Assembly (NCBI RefSeq): GCF_009914755.1
Contig: NC_060934.1
Length of the DNA stretch: 64,000 nucleotides
Reading direction: 5' to 3' (one strand)
DNA from: the human T2T-CHM13v2.0 reference genome, Homo sapiens
Made by a program: the position numbers and the translations under genes. Numbering within the stretch: the first letter of the stretch is position 1; every line of letters starts with the position of its first letter. Of the stretch, positions 1 to 13,960 are shown one piece after another. Under the pieces are notes generated by a model that was not told the origin of the DNA, searched no databases, and saw only the letters and a list, made by a program, of their open reading frames with translations.

Positions 1-479
1 CTGAGGGGCAGAAGGAAGGATCGCACCAATGTGCTGTATTTGCAAGAAAGTTTCCCTTGATAAGACAAAGTAGAGGCAAGAGTCTACATCAATGCCATGC
101 CACAGCAGCTGATCTCTATTTTCTTGTGAGAAGTAAAAGCAAAGTCAAGTGATACTCACAATCTAGGCCATAAGCAAACCTACTGTGAGACAAGCCTATG
201 TCCAGTGAGCCTATAGCTCTTCCATCACATAAAATTCCTACCAACAGCGAATCCAGGGAGAACTCACCATTTTCAAAGATGAATACTATAAATATGCATC
301 AACTCAGAAAGTATCTATATAAGTGTACCAAAAGGAAAGGGGAAAAAAAGAACAGAAACAGGAAAAACACATGGAAGATGGAAGTTCACTCACCACGTAA
401 ATGAAACCATGAGTCACATTTAAATTGTTTTAATAAGCGTATTACCAGAATTTTTTATGAAAAACTTAAGCAATTACTC

Positions 480-1810
<1,331 letters not shown>

Positions 1811-1813
1811 AGA

Positions 1814-2829
1814 TGTCAAGAACTTTGTCTGAGATCTTACACTGTTTGCAAGCTAAGAAGGTATTCTGCTACAGTTTCATAGAAATTTACAGAAAAACTG
1901 AGACTCCTTGGTATGATGGTTAATACTGTCAACTTGATTGGATTGAAGGAGGCAAAGTATTATTTCTGGGTGTGTCCGTGAGGGTGTTGCCAAAGGAGAT
2001 TAACATTTGAGTCAGTGAACTGGGAGACGTTGACCCACCCTAAATCTGGGAGGGCACCATCTAATCAGCTTTCAGGCCGGCTAGGATAAAAGCAGGCAGA
2101 GGAACCTGGAAGGACTAGATTGGCTAAGTCTTCTGGCCTCCACTTTTCTCCCATGCTGGATGCTTCCTGCCCACAAACATAGGACTCCAAGTTCTTCAGC
2201 TTTTGGGCTATTGGTCCTACACCAGTGGTTTGCCAGGGGCCCTCGGGCCTTTGGCCACAGACTAAAGGCTACACTGTCGGCCTCCCTACTTTTGTACTTT
2301 TGAGGTTTTGGGACTTGGACTGGCCTCCTTGCTCCTTAGCTTGCAGATGGCCTGTTGTGGGACTTCACCTTGTGATCGTGAGTCCTTAATAAACTCCCCT
2401 TTATATATACATCTATCCTATTAGCTCTGTCCCTCTAGGGAACCCTAATACACTTGGTCAGATACAAAGTAGCATGAGCTTCATACTCACAGCCGTTCTT
2501 GCCCCCAAGCCCTACAGAGATAGTGCAGTGCAGCCTGGGTTGATGCTATGCATGTAGTGGGTCTGCATCACAGCTGAAGAACCTCGTGTTCAGGAAACCC
2601 CAATCTTTTAGAAGGAATCTATTAGCAAACCTGCTCAAACTTTGTCCCAAAGAGAAACATTATCTTTATTATCCTGAGCAGCAAACAAACCTCGCTCTGC
2701 CCTAAATGGTGACACTATATATATTTGAAGGCTTTTTATATATAACCATCCTTGAAAAATTATCTCAAATGAAAGCTGATACAAGGCACGCAGACACAGA
2801 AGAGACCCATGGATAATTATTATCACTCA
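1814..2829 (-). mobile_element. Old ERVL-class solo LTR (family not firmly identified), split by MLT2A
   Basis: 'tctgagatcttacactgtttgcaagct...gagactccttgg' resumes as 'tcagatacaaag...actcacagc' across the MLT2A insertion. Resembles recalled old ERVL LTRs. Confidence 0.5.
1912..2452 (+). mobile_element. MLT2A (HERV-L) solo LTR
   Basis: Starts 'tatgatggttaatactgtcaacttgattggattgaagg' and ends 'ctctagggaaccctaataca'. 5-bp TSD cttgg at 1907-1911 and 2453-2457. Confidence 0.93.
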
Positions 2830-4229
2830 GTCATATAATAATATTGAAATATTTAAAGGTAAGCACTAAAAAAAAATCTTATAATCCACTATAATCAGGA
2901 GGTGAAAGGAAAAGAGGCAAGCTGAGAAGTCGTAGTATACTGATGTCACCATTGTTCATAAAAAGGAGTCAATGGCACTAGCTAAAATTTGTAGAAGATA
3001 AATTAACAGCACCCAAATATACTTACAACATGAGAAATAAGTCATGCAGCATCATTTGTAAATGGAAAATGCCATTTAACCTTGTTTCAACTGAAATGTC
3101 ACTTCCTCCTAGAGGCTTTCCCTGAACACCCAGCTTGGGTTTGCTGTCCTTGATATAATCTCCCATAACTACCAAGATCACATAACTAGTTAATGGTGTA
3201 GCTGGGATTCGGGCCTAAAGATCTGGTGCTGAAGTCTACACTCTGAATAGCTCAGCTCTGCTGGCCACTCACCGATGCATCTAGTTCTGTTCCATTCACA
3301 CTTGATAGTACAGAGTTTGTTTTGCCTTCTGAGTTTTCATAAATACAAATCTTAATTCTCCAGTGCTCTTCTAAGGTACCCTGTTACATATCTTACGTTT
3401 CCTCGTTTCCTGATTATGGCCCCTAGGACCTCACACAAAACATGTACACATTGCAATCATTCAATGAGTGATCATGAACACAAATGGACATTTAGGGAAT
3501 CCAAGTAAATGCTGAGTAACTGCAGTGCCATGGAGTACACAGCAGCAGAATGAAGGAGAAAAATCTGGACTGACTCTCTGTCCTGGTCCTAACCACTAGA
3601 TCATTATCTGTCTCTAATGAATTATGTGGGAAATTTCCAAGGTTATAAGGGGAAGCCACACACAGATCTTGAAATAGCTATAAAGGGTGAATAATGCATG
3701 CCTTATATTTAATGCATGAGAACGCAAAACACAGAAAATTGCACAAAAGAGGTCAAATGCTTATTCCCTGCAAAAAGGATGCTTTCTGTCTTCCCACCAA
3801 TAAATCAATCACTGGTTGTTATATATTTTTAAACAACTGAACAGCACCCCAGGGATCCATAAAGCCTAATTTTCCCTGATCTCTTTGTGGCAAGCCATTC
3901 CTCTTATTGTGCGCATAATCGCCTGCATAAGCGATGCCATGGATTTTGCACTCTCCTAGAAAGTGGGCACCACAGTTATATTTTCTATAAAACTGGTTGC
4001 CATGTTGCAATTAGAGGAAAAATAAATCTCACCATCTTGATGACAGCCTGTACAACTGAAACCAGGGGATATAGATGACTGAGAAAATACGATCTTTGAC
4101 AGCATCATCTTAACACTGCCAAATTATTCAGCTTATTTCTTAAAACTCAGTACTTTGCAATACTTTGCAAAGATATTACTTTTGTCATCAAATATCAGTT
4201 TGAAAAACATTTATATTTCAGAAACTTGT

Positions 4230-4826
4230 ATTTTTTTTTTAGTTTATCGTAGGTTCAGGGGTACATGTGCAGGTTTCTTATATAGATAAATTGTGTGTCA
4301 TAGGAGTTTAGTGTATAAATTACTTTGTCACCCAGGTAATAAGCATAGTACTCAATAGCTTTTCAATACTCTCCTTCCTCTCATCTCTCCCTGCAAGTAG
4401 GTCCCAGTGTCTGTTATTTCCTCCTTTGTGTCCATAGATACTCAATGTTTAGCTCCCATTTGTAAGTAAGAACATGTGTATTTGATTTTCTGTTTCTGCA
4501 TTAGTCTGCTTAGGATAATGGACTCCAGCTCCATCCATGATCCTGAAAACAACATAATCTCATTATTTTTGTGGCTGTATGGTATTCTATTGTGTATATG
4601 TACCAAGTTTTCTTTATCCAGTCTACTATTGATGGGCATTTAGGTTGATTCCTTGTCTTTGCTATTGTGAATAGTGCTGCAATGAACATATGTGTACATG
4701 TCTTTATGATAGAATGATTTATATTCCTTGGAGTATACACCCAATAATGGGATTGCTGGGTCAAATGGTGATTCTGTTTTAACTTCTTTGAGAAATTGCC
4801 ACACTGCTTTCCACAATAGCTGAACT
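4230..4826 (-). mobile_element. Older L1PA (about PA13-16) 3' end with a short 5'-inverted segment (4827-4845 plus 5102-5130)
   Basis: Poly-T followed by the antisense L1 3'UTR and ORF2 C-terminus. Minus ORFs 4510-4764 and 4640-4855 are L1 ORF2-like. Confidence 0.9.
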
Positions 4827-4845
4827 TGAAACTGGACCCCTTCCT

Positions 4846-5083
4846 GGAACATCACATACTGGGGCCTGTTGTGGGGTGGGGGAAGGGGGGAGGGATAGCA
4901 TTAGGAGATATACCTAATGTAAATGACGAGTTAATGGGTGCAGCACACCAACATGGCACATGTATACATATGTAACAAACCTGCACGTTGTGCACATGTA
5001 TACATATGTAACAAACCTGCACATTGTGCACATGTACCCTAGAACTTAAAGTATTATTTATTTACATATATATATAAAAGAAA
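4846..5083 (+). mobile_element. Short L1PA (about PA4-5) 3'UTR fragment nested in the older L1
   Basis: G-rich L1 3'UTR ending 'ccctagaacttaaagta' plus tail. TSD gaaa(c/g)tggaccccttcct at 4828-4845 and 5084-5101. Confidence 0.92.
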
Positions 5084-5479
5084 GAAAGTGGACCCCTTCC
5101 TTACACCATACACAAAAGTAGATTCAAGAAACATTTATGTATTTTTTTAAATGCAACTAATCCATGGGATATTATAACTAGTAAGTTTGGTGTGATTGCT
5201 GCAGACTCAGACTAGGGTGTCAGAGAGAAGGAGGTAGCAATAAGGAGGCACTCTCAGTGAGCTGGAGGCCAAGGAGTCAGCAGCAGCATTGGAAATGTTT
5301 TAGGAAGATGTTGTGACTTTTATTTGGAGCAGGGACATTTCTTATCCAGTAATAGTCTTTCACTTTAAAGCTTTTTCTAAAACTTAAAAGATCTTGTTAT
5401 TGAAAAGACTTAAATCTATGAACTGAAGCACACTGGTAAGGGTAAATGCTTTTTTTGACAATGGTGATGATGACGATTG

Positions 5480-5690
5480 AGTTGACTGAGTGCTCACCAG
5501 GCAGCAGGTGCTGTCCTTGGTGCCTTACACATGTTAGCTAGCTTAATTTCCTAAAGTACCACATACCACAGGAAATATCCTTATCCCTCATTTTACAGAT
5601 GTGAACGCTGAGGCACAGAGTAACTTGACTAAGGTCATACAGCTAGTATGAGTCATAGCTGCTACAACCACTACATTTTACTGCTTCCTA
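5480..5690 (-). mobile_element. MIR
   Basis: Core 'cattttacagatgtgaacgctgaggcacagagtaacttgactaaggtcatacagctagta'. Confidence 0.8.
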
Positions 5691-6690
5691 GCAACATCTA
5701 CCAATTACATACCTGCCAATGGGCCCTGCGGCAAGCATTTTCTCATTTGATCCTCACCAAAAACTGAGATAGATCTCTGTATTCTCATTTTGCATATGAG
5801 GCAAATGAGGATTATAGACATCAACAACTTGTCCATAAACCATGCTGCTCCCATTACCTGATTTTTTAACTCTCTACTGAAATATGTCTCAGTGCATTAA
5901 AGAGTGTTTAATTTTGACTATTTTCTGAAGGTTAAATTTTTCTTGATTCCACCAGGGGTGCATCCTTCTCAATTCATCTCAGCATACACAGAGCCTTTGC
6001 AAGTAGAAAGATTCACTGGGCTCTGGTAGAAGCTTTCTGCCTTTAGGACCCCAACCATATAGGACCTGCCGACTGACAGCCATGCTTCTCTGAAGAAGAG
6101 ACCTATGTGCAATCATGAGAAACACCCCTGGGGATTCCAGAGGATGGGTGAGACTGTGACATCGGGGGTGGTGTCACTGGGCCCCCTGCTTTTGCATGCT
6201 GCCTTTAATTGCCCAAATCACAGCTTTCCAGCAGAAAGAGAAAGGACTGAGTGTGCCTGAGCCTCAAAGTGGTGATGCTGCGCTATATCCCATATATCTC
6301 TCTCTTCCAATACAACTCTTACCCTCAGCAATGTCTCCTTGGCAACTGAGAAATGTGTCCATGAAGATATGTTTCTCTGCCTTTCTACCTGTCTTCAGGT
6401 TAAATTCATTAACCCCTTTCTTTGTCAGAACATGATGGTTTCCACCATTTGAACCCACTTAGTGATGCACTGTGAAATCCCAGAAATCCAACTGCACTCT
6501 TTCAAATCCCTGCTATGCAGCCTGTCAGCTATGTATAAACTTGGGCAAGTTTACCTCAATGAGACCCAGCCTCCTTCCTCACCTGTACAATGAGGGTAGA
6601 AATATAAGAATGTTGACAGGATTTGATGGGATAATATATGAAAAGGAAAACTTAGGACAGTAATTGGCCTTTAGGAAAAGCTCAGTAAAT

Positions 6691-7146
6691 AATAGCAAAG
6701 ACTTGGAACCAACCCAAAGGCCCAACAACGATAGACTGGATTAAGAAAATGTGGCACATATACACCATGGAATACTATGCAGCCATAAAAAATGATGAGT
6801 TCATGTCCTTTGTAGGGACATGGATGAAATTGGAAATCATCATTCTCAGTAAACTATCGGAAGAACAAAAAACCAAACACCGCATATTCTCACTCATAGG
6901 TGGGAAATGAACAATGAGGACACATGGACACAGGAAGGGGAACATCACACTCTGGGGACTGTTGTGGGGTAGGGGGGTGGGAGGGATAGCATTGGGAGAT
7001 ATACCTAATGTTAGATGACGAGTTAGTGGGTGCAGCACACCAGCATGTTGCATGTATACATATGTAACTAACCTGCACATTGTGCACATGTACCCTAAAA
7101 CTTAAAGTATAATAATAAAAAAAGAAAAAAAAGAAAAAAAAAAAGA
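6691..7146 (+). mobile_element. L1PA2/PA3 5'-truncated insertion in a MIR
   Basis: ORF2 end, 3'UTR and A-tail. The diagnostic position reads GAG ('gatgacgagttagtggg'), not the L1HS-Ta ACA. TSD aaaagctcagtaa at 6676-6688 and 7147-7159. Confidence 0.96.
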
Positions 7147-8821
7147 AAAAGCTCAGTAAGTGTTAACCTTCACCATTGAAGTGCACCGGGCAACTTTCCA
7201 TCCTTTTAGCAGTATAAGGCATGAATTAAATGAACATGGCAGATGTGCCCCAGTCTTTTACTCTCAAAGGTTTCCAAACCCTTCCCTTTTAGTGATAGTG
7301 ATAGCGTCTCCCAATGTGTCAGGCTCCAATCATGTTTTCCAGTTGGCTCTCCAAGGGTTATCTCAGAAGCCCGGCAGGGATAATTAGGGGACATCCAGGT
7401 CAGAGAACCTTGCGGAGAAATGCATAGTGTAAAAAACCAGTCAACCCCACACCATGCAAGCCAAGTTCCTTTGGCGACTACAGAGCATTGTCTTTAATCA
7501 CTAAAGTACCATCTTCTAAATTGCCTCCCTGTTTGAGAAAATGAGCTAGGAGGGATTGAAGAAGACCACTTCTTTCCTATCTTAGGATTTTTAGATATGG
7601 AACTAATAAAATCCTTGCCTCTGCACACCACCAGTCAGAGGAAAAGACTACCCAGATTTCTTCTGGGGAATTTCAGATAAGAATCCCGAGTGTTCATTAA
7701 TTCATCTGTTCATTATGAATGTTCAACTGTTCTATGAAAGGTGCCTCATGTGAGGCTCAAAACAGGATGAAATCCAGGCAAATTTCCCTAATGTGCACAA
7801 ATGGGAGCAAAGCCCTATCTGTAACAAATGGCAAAGCTCAAGATTTTCATGCTGTTTTTTTAATGGTGCTATATTCCAAGTAACCCCAAAGTGATGCAAA
7901 ATTAATACTTTCCATATTTCCCCAATGCACACCAACTAGCCTAATCTAACTCACTAACCTATATGGCACACACAAGCAATGTTTGTATACAGGTTTTCAC
8001 ACCTGCCCCTGTCAGCCTTGGAATGCTTCTCTTCACCCCTACACCACTATCCATCCTCTAAACCCAGAGCATGATCCAGTGTCTATACCTTCCATGAGCT
8101 TTTTTCCTCAAAGCTTCTGCTCTCACTGATGCCCATCCTCAGAAACTCAAAGGAACTTATTATCTCTACCAAGCAGTATTTCTTACATATGGAATTTTTA
8201 CTCATTTTCTATAAGTGCTAGAAAAATGCTTTTTTCCTAACTATTAATTATTCAAAGACAAAAACTATGTCATATATTTATTCCTTTTTTACAGTATGAT
8301 AGGCTCAGTAAATATGTGTTTGTTGGTTCATAATGGCTTCTGTGTGAATCAATTCTACAAAAATTGTAACAACCGATCGACTTGAAATTCTTCACAATAA
8401 AATATTCCCTCCCCATCCCTGATCTTAAGAATACAGCATTTTAAAGCCAGAAGAGGCCTTAGAGATTGCTTATTCAATTTCTTCATTCTTTAGATGAAAT
8501 GACTGAAGCTAGGGGGTTGAGGCGACTTGATTAAGGTCACAAGCTAAATAGGAGCCAATCTGGGGCCAAGGGCCCAAATCTGCAGCCTTGCAGTAGTGTG
8601 CTCTTCCTGATTCACAGCACAATGCCTCCAGATTATGCTGTACTTGTACTATGGCCACAGCAGTTCAGTAGAGGGATGAACAGACTGGGAGTTAGCTGGC
8701 ATGGGGCCAAGTCCCTGTTCTGTCATTAATTCACTGTGTGGTCTTCGGTAAAGCACTTAACCCTTTGGCTTCAGAGTCCACAGCTCAAAAGGAGGGATGA
8801 TAAATCATACATAATTTAATT

Positions 8822-9037
8822 CAGAGTTGGGTAAACTACTACAGCCCAGAAGCCCAATCCAGTGTGCACCTGTTTTTGAAAATAAAGTTTTAAGGGCAAA
8901 CTCATTCGTTTACTTATTGTCTTTGGCTGCTTTTATGCTACAAAAGCAGAGCTGAGTAAATTAACATAAAGATTATATGACTGGCAAGACTGAAATATTT
9001 ACTATTTGGCCCTTTACGGAAAAAAAGTTAACTCCTG
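8822..9037 (+). mobile_element. MER58A (hAT-Charlie MITE) inserted in a MIR
   Basis: 'cctgtttttgaaaataaagtttt...ggctgctttt...aaatatttactatttggccctttac' with CAG...CTG ends. Confidence 0.85.
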
Positions 9038-9947
9038 ATCTAATCTATAGATAGTGCGGTTGTATGAATCTGAAATAATTAAATACTTTACACATACCCT
9101 CTTTTAAACTGGAAAGTGCTATACTCACAATGTAAAAATTGAGAATAATAGTAGCATTAGTAATATTAAATCATGAAAGATCATTGCAATGAGGACAATT
9201 AAAATTTTCTTTGTTTAATAGGTAGCATCTAAATGTTAGCCTTGCTTGGTTTGAGATTGCTTCCCAATTGGTCATTGTAATATGTTTTTGCAGAACTGAG
9301 TGATACCTTTAATAAATTAGGGGAAATACTCCAGAAATAATCTGATTATTTATGTATAAAATGCAAAATGACTGCTTTCAGAAGAATAGCAGGTCATCTC
9401 CGGTGGGCTTTGCCCTTTCTTTCCTTACTAACCTGACTTACCAAGGGGTCACAATCCTATGTTGTAAGTACCTGTAACCATCATGTGATAGAATAAACAT
9501 TCATGTGGAAATACTGACTGACACAAACCAAACTTTGATGTTGCTCTAAATGTATTAAACTTTTCCACTGCCATTTTTGAGGGGGAGGTTGGTGGCTCTG
9601 AGTGGTTTTGCCCTGGCATGTGCTCTGAGAATGGCCAGTGGCCAAAGAAAACAAACTGTTCTCGGGACACTGAGAAAATTAATTATTGGCCATGACCAAT
9701 TCACTACCCTTCTCACTCTTGGACCAGAAATTAAAGCCCAGGAGTCAGAAGACAAATTCTGCTCAGCATCCCCAAATGGATGACTGGGGTAAGTTATTTA
9801 GCCATCCTGAGCTTCAGTTTCCTCACTGAAAACAGGGAACTAATACCTGCCTTCCCTTCTTCATGAGTATTAAGAGAAAAAAGTGAAAGGTAAAATATTA
9901 CAAGTGCTAATAAACACAAAGAGTTTTAAAAAAAAATAGCCTGAAGC

Positions 9948-10252
9948 AGCTGGGCACAGTGGCTCACGCCTGTAATCCCAGCACTTTGGGAGGCCGAGGC
10001 GGGCGGATCACGAAGTCAGGAGTTTGAGACCAACCTGGCCAATATGGTGAAACTCCGTCTCTACTAAAAATACAAAAATTAGCCAGGCATGGTGCTGCGC
10101 GCCTGTAGTCCCAGCTACTCAGGAAGCTGAAGCAGAAGAATCACTTGAACCCGGGAGGCGGAGGTTGCAGTGAGCCGAGATCATGTCACTGCATTCCAGC
10201 CTGAGTGACAGAGGGAGACTCTGTCTCACACACACACACAAAAAAAAAAAAA
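9948..10252 (+). mobile_element. AluS (Sg-like) with (CA)n in the tail
   Basis: Full dimer. TSD-like agcctga(a/g)gc on both sides. Confidence 0.97.
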
Positions 10253-10384
10253 GCCTGAGGCTCTATGGAATTATAAAATGTATTATGTATAAAATGAGTT
10301 ACCATGTATGTAGTGCTTATTAGATTCCAGATAGCATTCTAAGCACCCACATTTAAAAAAAATGCAAAACAAGGCACTTTTGTA

Positions 10385-10860
10385 AGTTCCCTACATGCAT
10401 TACTCAATGAATCCATCTGACATCCTATGAGACAGGTACTGTTAGCATCATCACTATTTTTCAAATGAGAAAACTGAGACATAGAGATATTAAATAACTT
10501 GCCCAAAGCCACAGTCTAGTGAGTAGAGTTGTTGGGATTTGAACCCTGGCCATCTACTCTAGAGCTCACTCTACTAACCCCTGCACTTTACTACTGCCCC
10601 TGTGAGAAAGGGGATATGACAGGTCCAGGCATGATCACAGTCTGTTCAGTGCTACCCAAATAGTTCATAAAACATGCTTCAAAGAAGGGAGATGGTTGAT
10701 CAAAGAAGTCTTCATTGAGGAGAACGGTTGTAATAGAACCTCTCTTTCCTTATGTTATGTAGCATGCAGGACTTCACAGGCAGGGCTAGGTGGAAGCCAC
10801 CTGCAGCTCATCGGACTAGCACTTGCAAAGTTATCTTGGTGCAACTAATAATAGTGAAGA
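10385..10860 (+). repeat. Local direct duplication, copy 1 (MIR part plus apparently unique sequence)
   Basis: Aligns by eye with 19645-20015 plus 20335-20440. About 86% identical over 10576-10739, and 48/48 identical at 10740-10787. Confidence 0.93.
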
Positions 10861-11179
10861 GTCGCTTACCATTTCCAGCGTATAGGGCTCACTGGCCTCC
10901 CATTCTCTGATCTGATTTGCATGGCCACCTTTTCAAGGTAAGTTACACTTATAAGTATTTCACAGTTTATCTCCTAAAATTCATCTCTTAAATTGAAGGG
11001 CATTTTTCTATATATCTAAAGCATCATGTTTAAACTTAAGAGAAATTATAATAATTCCCTGATATCATCTGATACTGAGTTAATATTCAAATTTTTGCAT
11101 TGTCCAAAAAAATCTTCTTATTTGTTTTTTCAAACTAGGATTCAATCAAGGTTCACCCATTGTATTTGGTTTTTATGTT

Positions 11180-11495
11180 TTTGTTTTGTTTTGTTTTTTT
11201 GAGACGGAGTCTTTCTCTTTCGCCCTGGCTGGAGTTCAGTGGTGCGATCTCAGCTCACTGCAAGCTCCGCCTCCCAGGTTCACGCCATTCTCCTGCCTCA
11301 CCTCCCGAGTAGCTGGGACTACAGGCACCCGCCACCACACCCGGCTAATTTTTTGGTTTTTTGTTTTTTTTTTTTTTAGTAGAGACGGGGTTTCACCGTG
11401 TTAGCCAGGATGGTCTCGATCTCCTGACCTCGTGATCCACCTGCCTCGGCCTCCCAAAGTGCTGGGATTACAGGCGTGAGCCACCGCACCTGGCC
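11180..11495 (-). mobile_element. AluY
   Basis: Y diagnostics 'gcaagctccgcc', 'ttcacgccattctcc' and 'gtgttagccaggatggtctcgatc'. TSD tggtttttatgtt at 11167-11179 and 11497-11509. Confidence 0.97.
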
Positions 11496-11898
11496 CTGGT
11501 TTTTATGTTACCATGATTTTTATTTATCTTTTCCTTTCCCATTTTCTTTTGGATAGGTAGAATTTTTTATTTCCCCCTTTTGTTTCTATCAGTTGCAAAG
11601 TTATATCAGGTGTTATATTCTGTTCTTTCAGAGGTTATGAGTTAATATTAACATGCATGCTTGCCTTTGAAAAGTTAAAAGTTAATTACTCACCTCCTAA
11701 CAAAATAAAGACTTTAAAATGCCTTGACTAAAATTATATCCTGATAGTTTCCATTTTTTAAGTGTCTAATATTCCAAATTTAGCTTTTTAAAAATCCTCT
11801 ATAGATGGAAATGGCTGTAGTGAATATTATGGTTATAGTCACTACTTACTTAGATTTATCTATGTAGTTACCATTCACAATAATTTTCTCCTTTCCAT

Positions 11899-11929
<31 letters not shown>
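11899..11929. repeat. (TG)12(AG)n microsatellite
   Basis: Read directly. Confidence 0.95.
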
Positions 11930-12039
11930 CAGAGTCCTTTCCACTCTTTTCTTTTTGTGTTGCTATTTTCATACTGAAGCATACTCTTAATAGTTTTTTC
12001 AAGATTAGCTAAAAACAAACAAAAACACCAGCATCAAGG

Positions 12040-12680
<641 letters not shown>

Positions 12681-12719
12681 CAACTCAGAGAGATAAATGT
12701 AAAATTACAAGAACTGTAT

Positions 12720-13960
12720 GTTACAAAAGAGAAATGCATGGTACTATGAGGCTGAAAAAAAAGGGAGACACAATCTGGACAGGTTTTCAGAGAAGCCTTC
12801 CCTGAAGAATAATGACTAAGCTCAGATCTGCAGGATAAGCAGAAAATAACTACTGCAAGGGGAATGGGAGCAGAGACAAAAAGCATTCAAAGCAGAGGAA
12901 AAGCACACACAAATGCCCTGAGTTCCAAACACTAAACGATCAGTGACACTGGAGCCCAGAGGCGCTTGTGTGAGATGAGCAGATAGAGGCAGGCAGGGGT
13001 GAGACCATGCAGAATGGGCCACAGTAATGACATGGGATTTTGTTGTTGTTGTTGTTGTTGTTATTTATTTTTTTATTATACTTTAAGTTCTAGGGTACAT
13101 GTGCACAACGTGCAGGTTTGTTACATATGTATACATGTGCCATGTTGGTTTGCTGCACCCATTAACACATCATTTACATTAGGTACTTCTCCTAATGCTA
13201 TCCCTCCCCCATCCCCTCACCGCATGACAGGCCCTGGTGTGTGATGTTCCCCACCCTGTGTCCAACTGTTCACATTGTTCAATTCCCCCTTATAAGTGAG
13301 AACGTGTGGTGTTTGTTTTTCTATCCTTGCGACAGTTTGCTCAGAATGATGGTTTTCAGCTTCATCCATGTCCCTACAAAGGACATGAACTCATCCTTTT
13401 TTATGGCTGCATAGTATTCCATGGTGTATATGCGCCACGTTTTCTTAATCCAGTCTATCATTGATGGACATTTGGGTTGCTTCCAAGTCTTTGCTATTGT
13501 GAATAGTGCCACAATAAACATACGTGTGCATGTGTCTTTATAGTAGCATGATTTATAATCCTTTGGGTATATACCCAGTAACAGGATCGCTGTATTTCTA
13601 GTTCTAGATCCTTGAGGAATCACCCACCACACTATCTTCCACAATGGTTGAACTAGTTTACAGTCCCACCAACAGTGTAAAAGTGTTCCTATTTCTCCAC
13701 ATCCTCTCCAGCACCTGTTGTTTCCTGACTTTTTAATGATCCCCATTCTAACTGGCATGAGATGGTATTGCATTGGATTTTATCCTAAGAAATATAGACA
13801 GTCATTGGAGGGCTTTCTTCTGAACCACAGTGTAGAGAATGGGTTTGTGGTGCAAAAGCGGATGAGAGAAGTACTTAGGAGGCTGTAGTACCAATCCAAG
13901 CAGGAGCCAAGGGTGACTTTGTCTAGAGAGACGTGGAGGTGGGGATAAGTAAATCCATCA
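12720..13960 (-). mobile_element. L2 remnant, split by L1PA
   Basis: 'cagagaagccttccctgaagaa', 'aagcattcaaagcagaggaaaagcac' and 'ggattttatcctaag...gtcattggaggg'. Confidence 0.7.
13042..13770 (-). mobile_element. L1PA (about PA5-6) 5'-truncated insertion with a (TTG)n-derived tail
   Basis: Minus ORF 13321-13773 is the L1 ORF2 C-terminus ([18 protein letters not shown]). TSD cat(g/t)ggatttt at 13031-13041 and 13771-13781. Confidence 0.95.

Larger units (their letters stand above)
10950..12010 (-). mobile_element. Old L1MC/ME fragments, interrupted by AluY
   Basis: 'ataataattccctgatatcatctgatactgagttaatattcaaattt...ctaggattcaatcaaggttcacccattgtatttggtt' is typical of an antisense L1MC 3' end. 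Confidence 0.6.

Noticed and set aside
4860-4895. G-quadruplex-like G-runs (also at about 6955-6985 and 48806-48840)
   Set aside because: Canonical L1 3'UTR polypurine tract.
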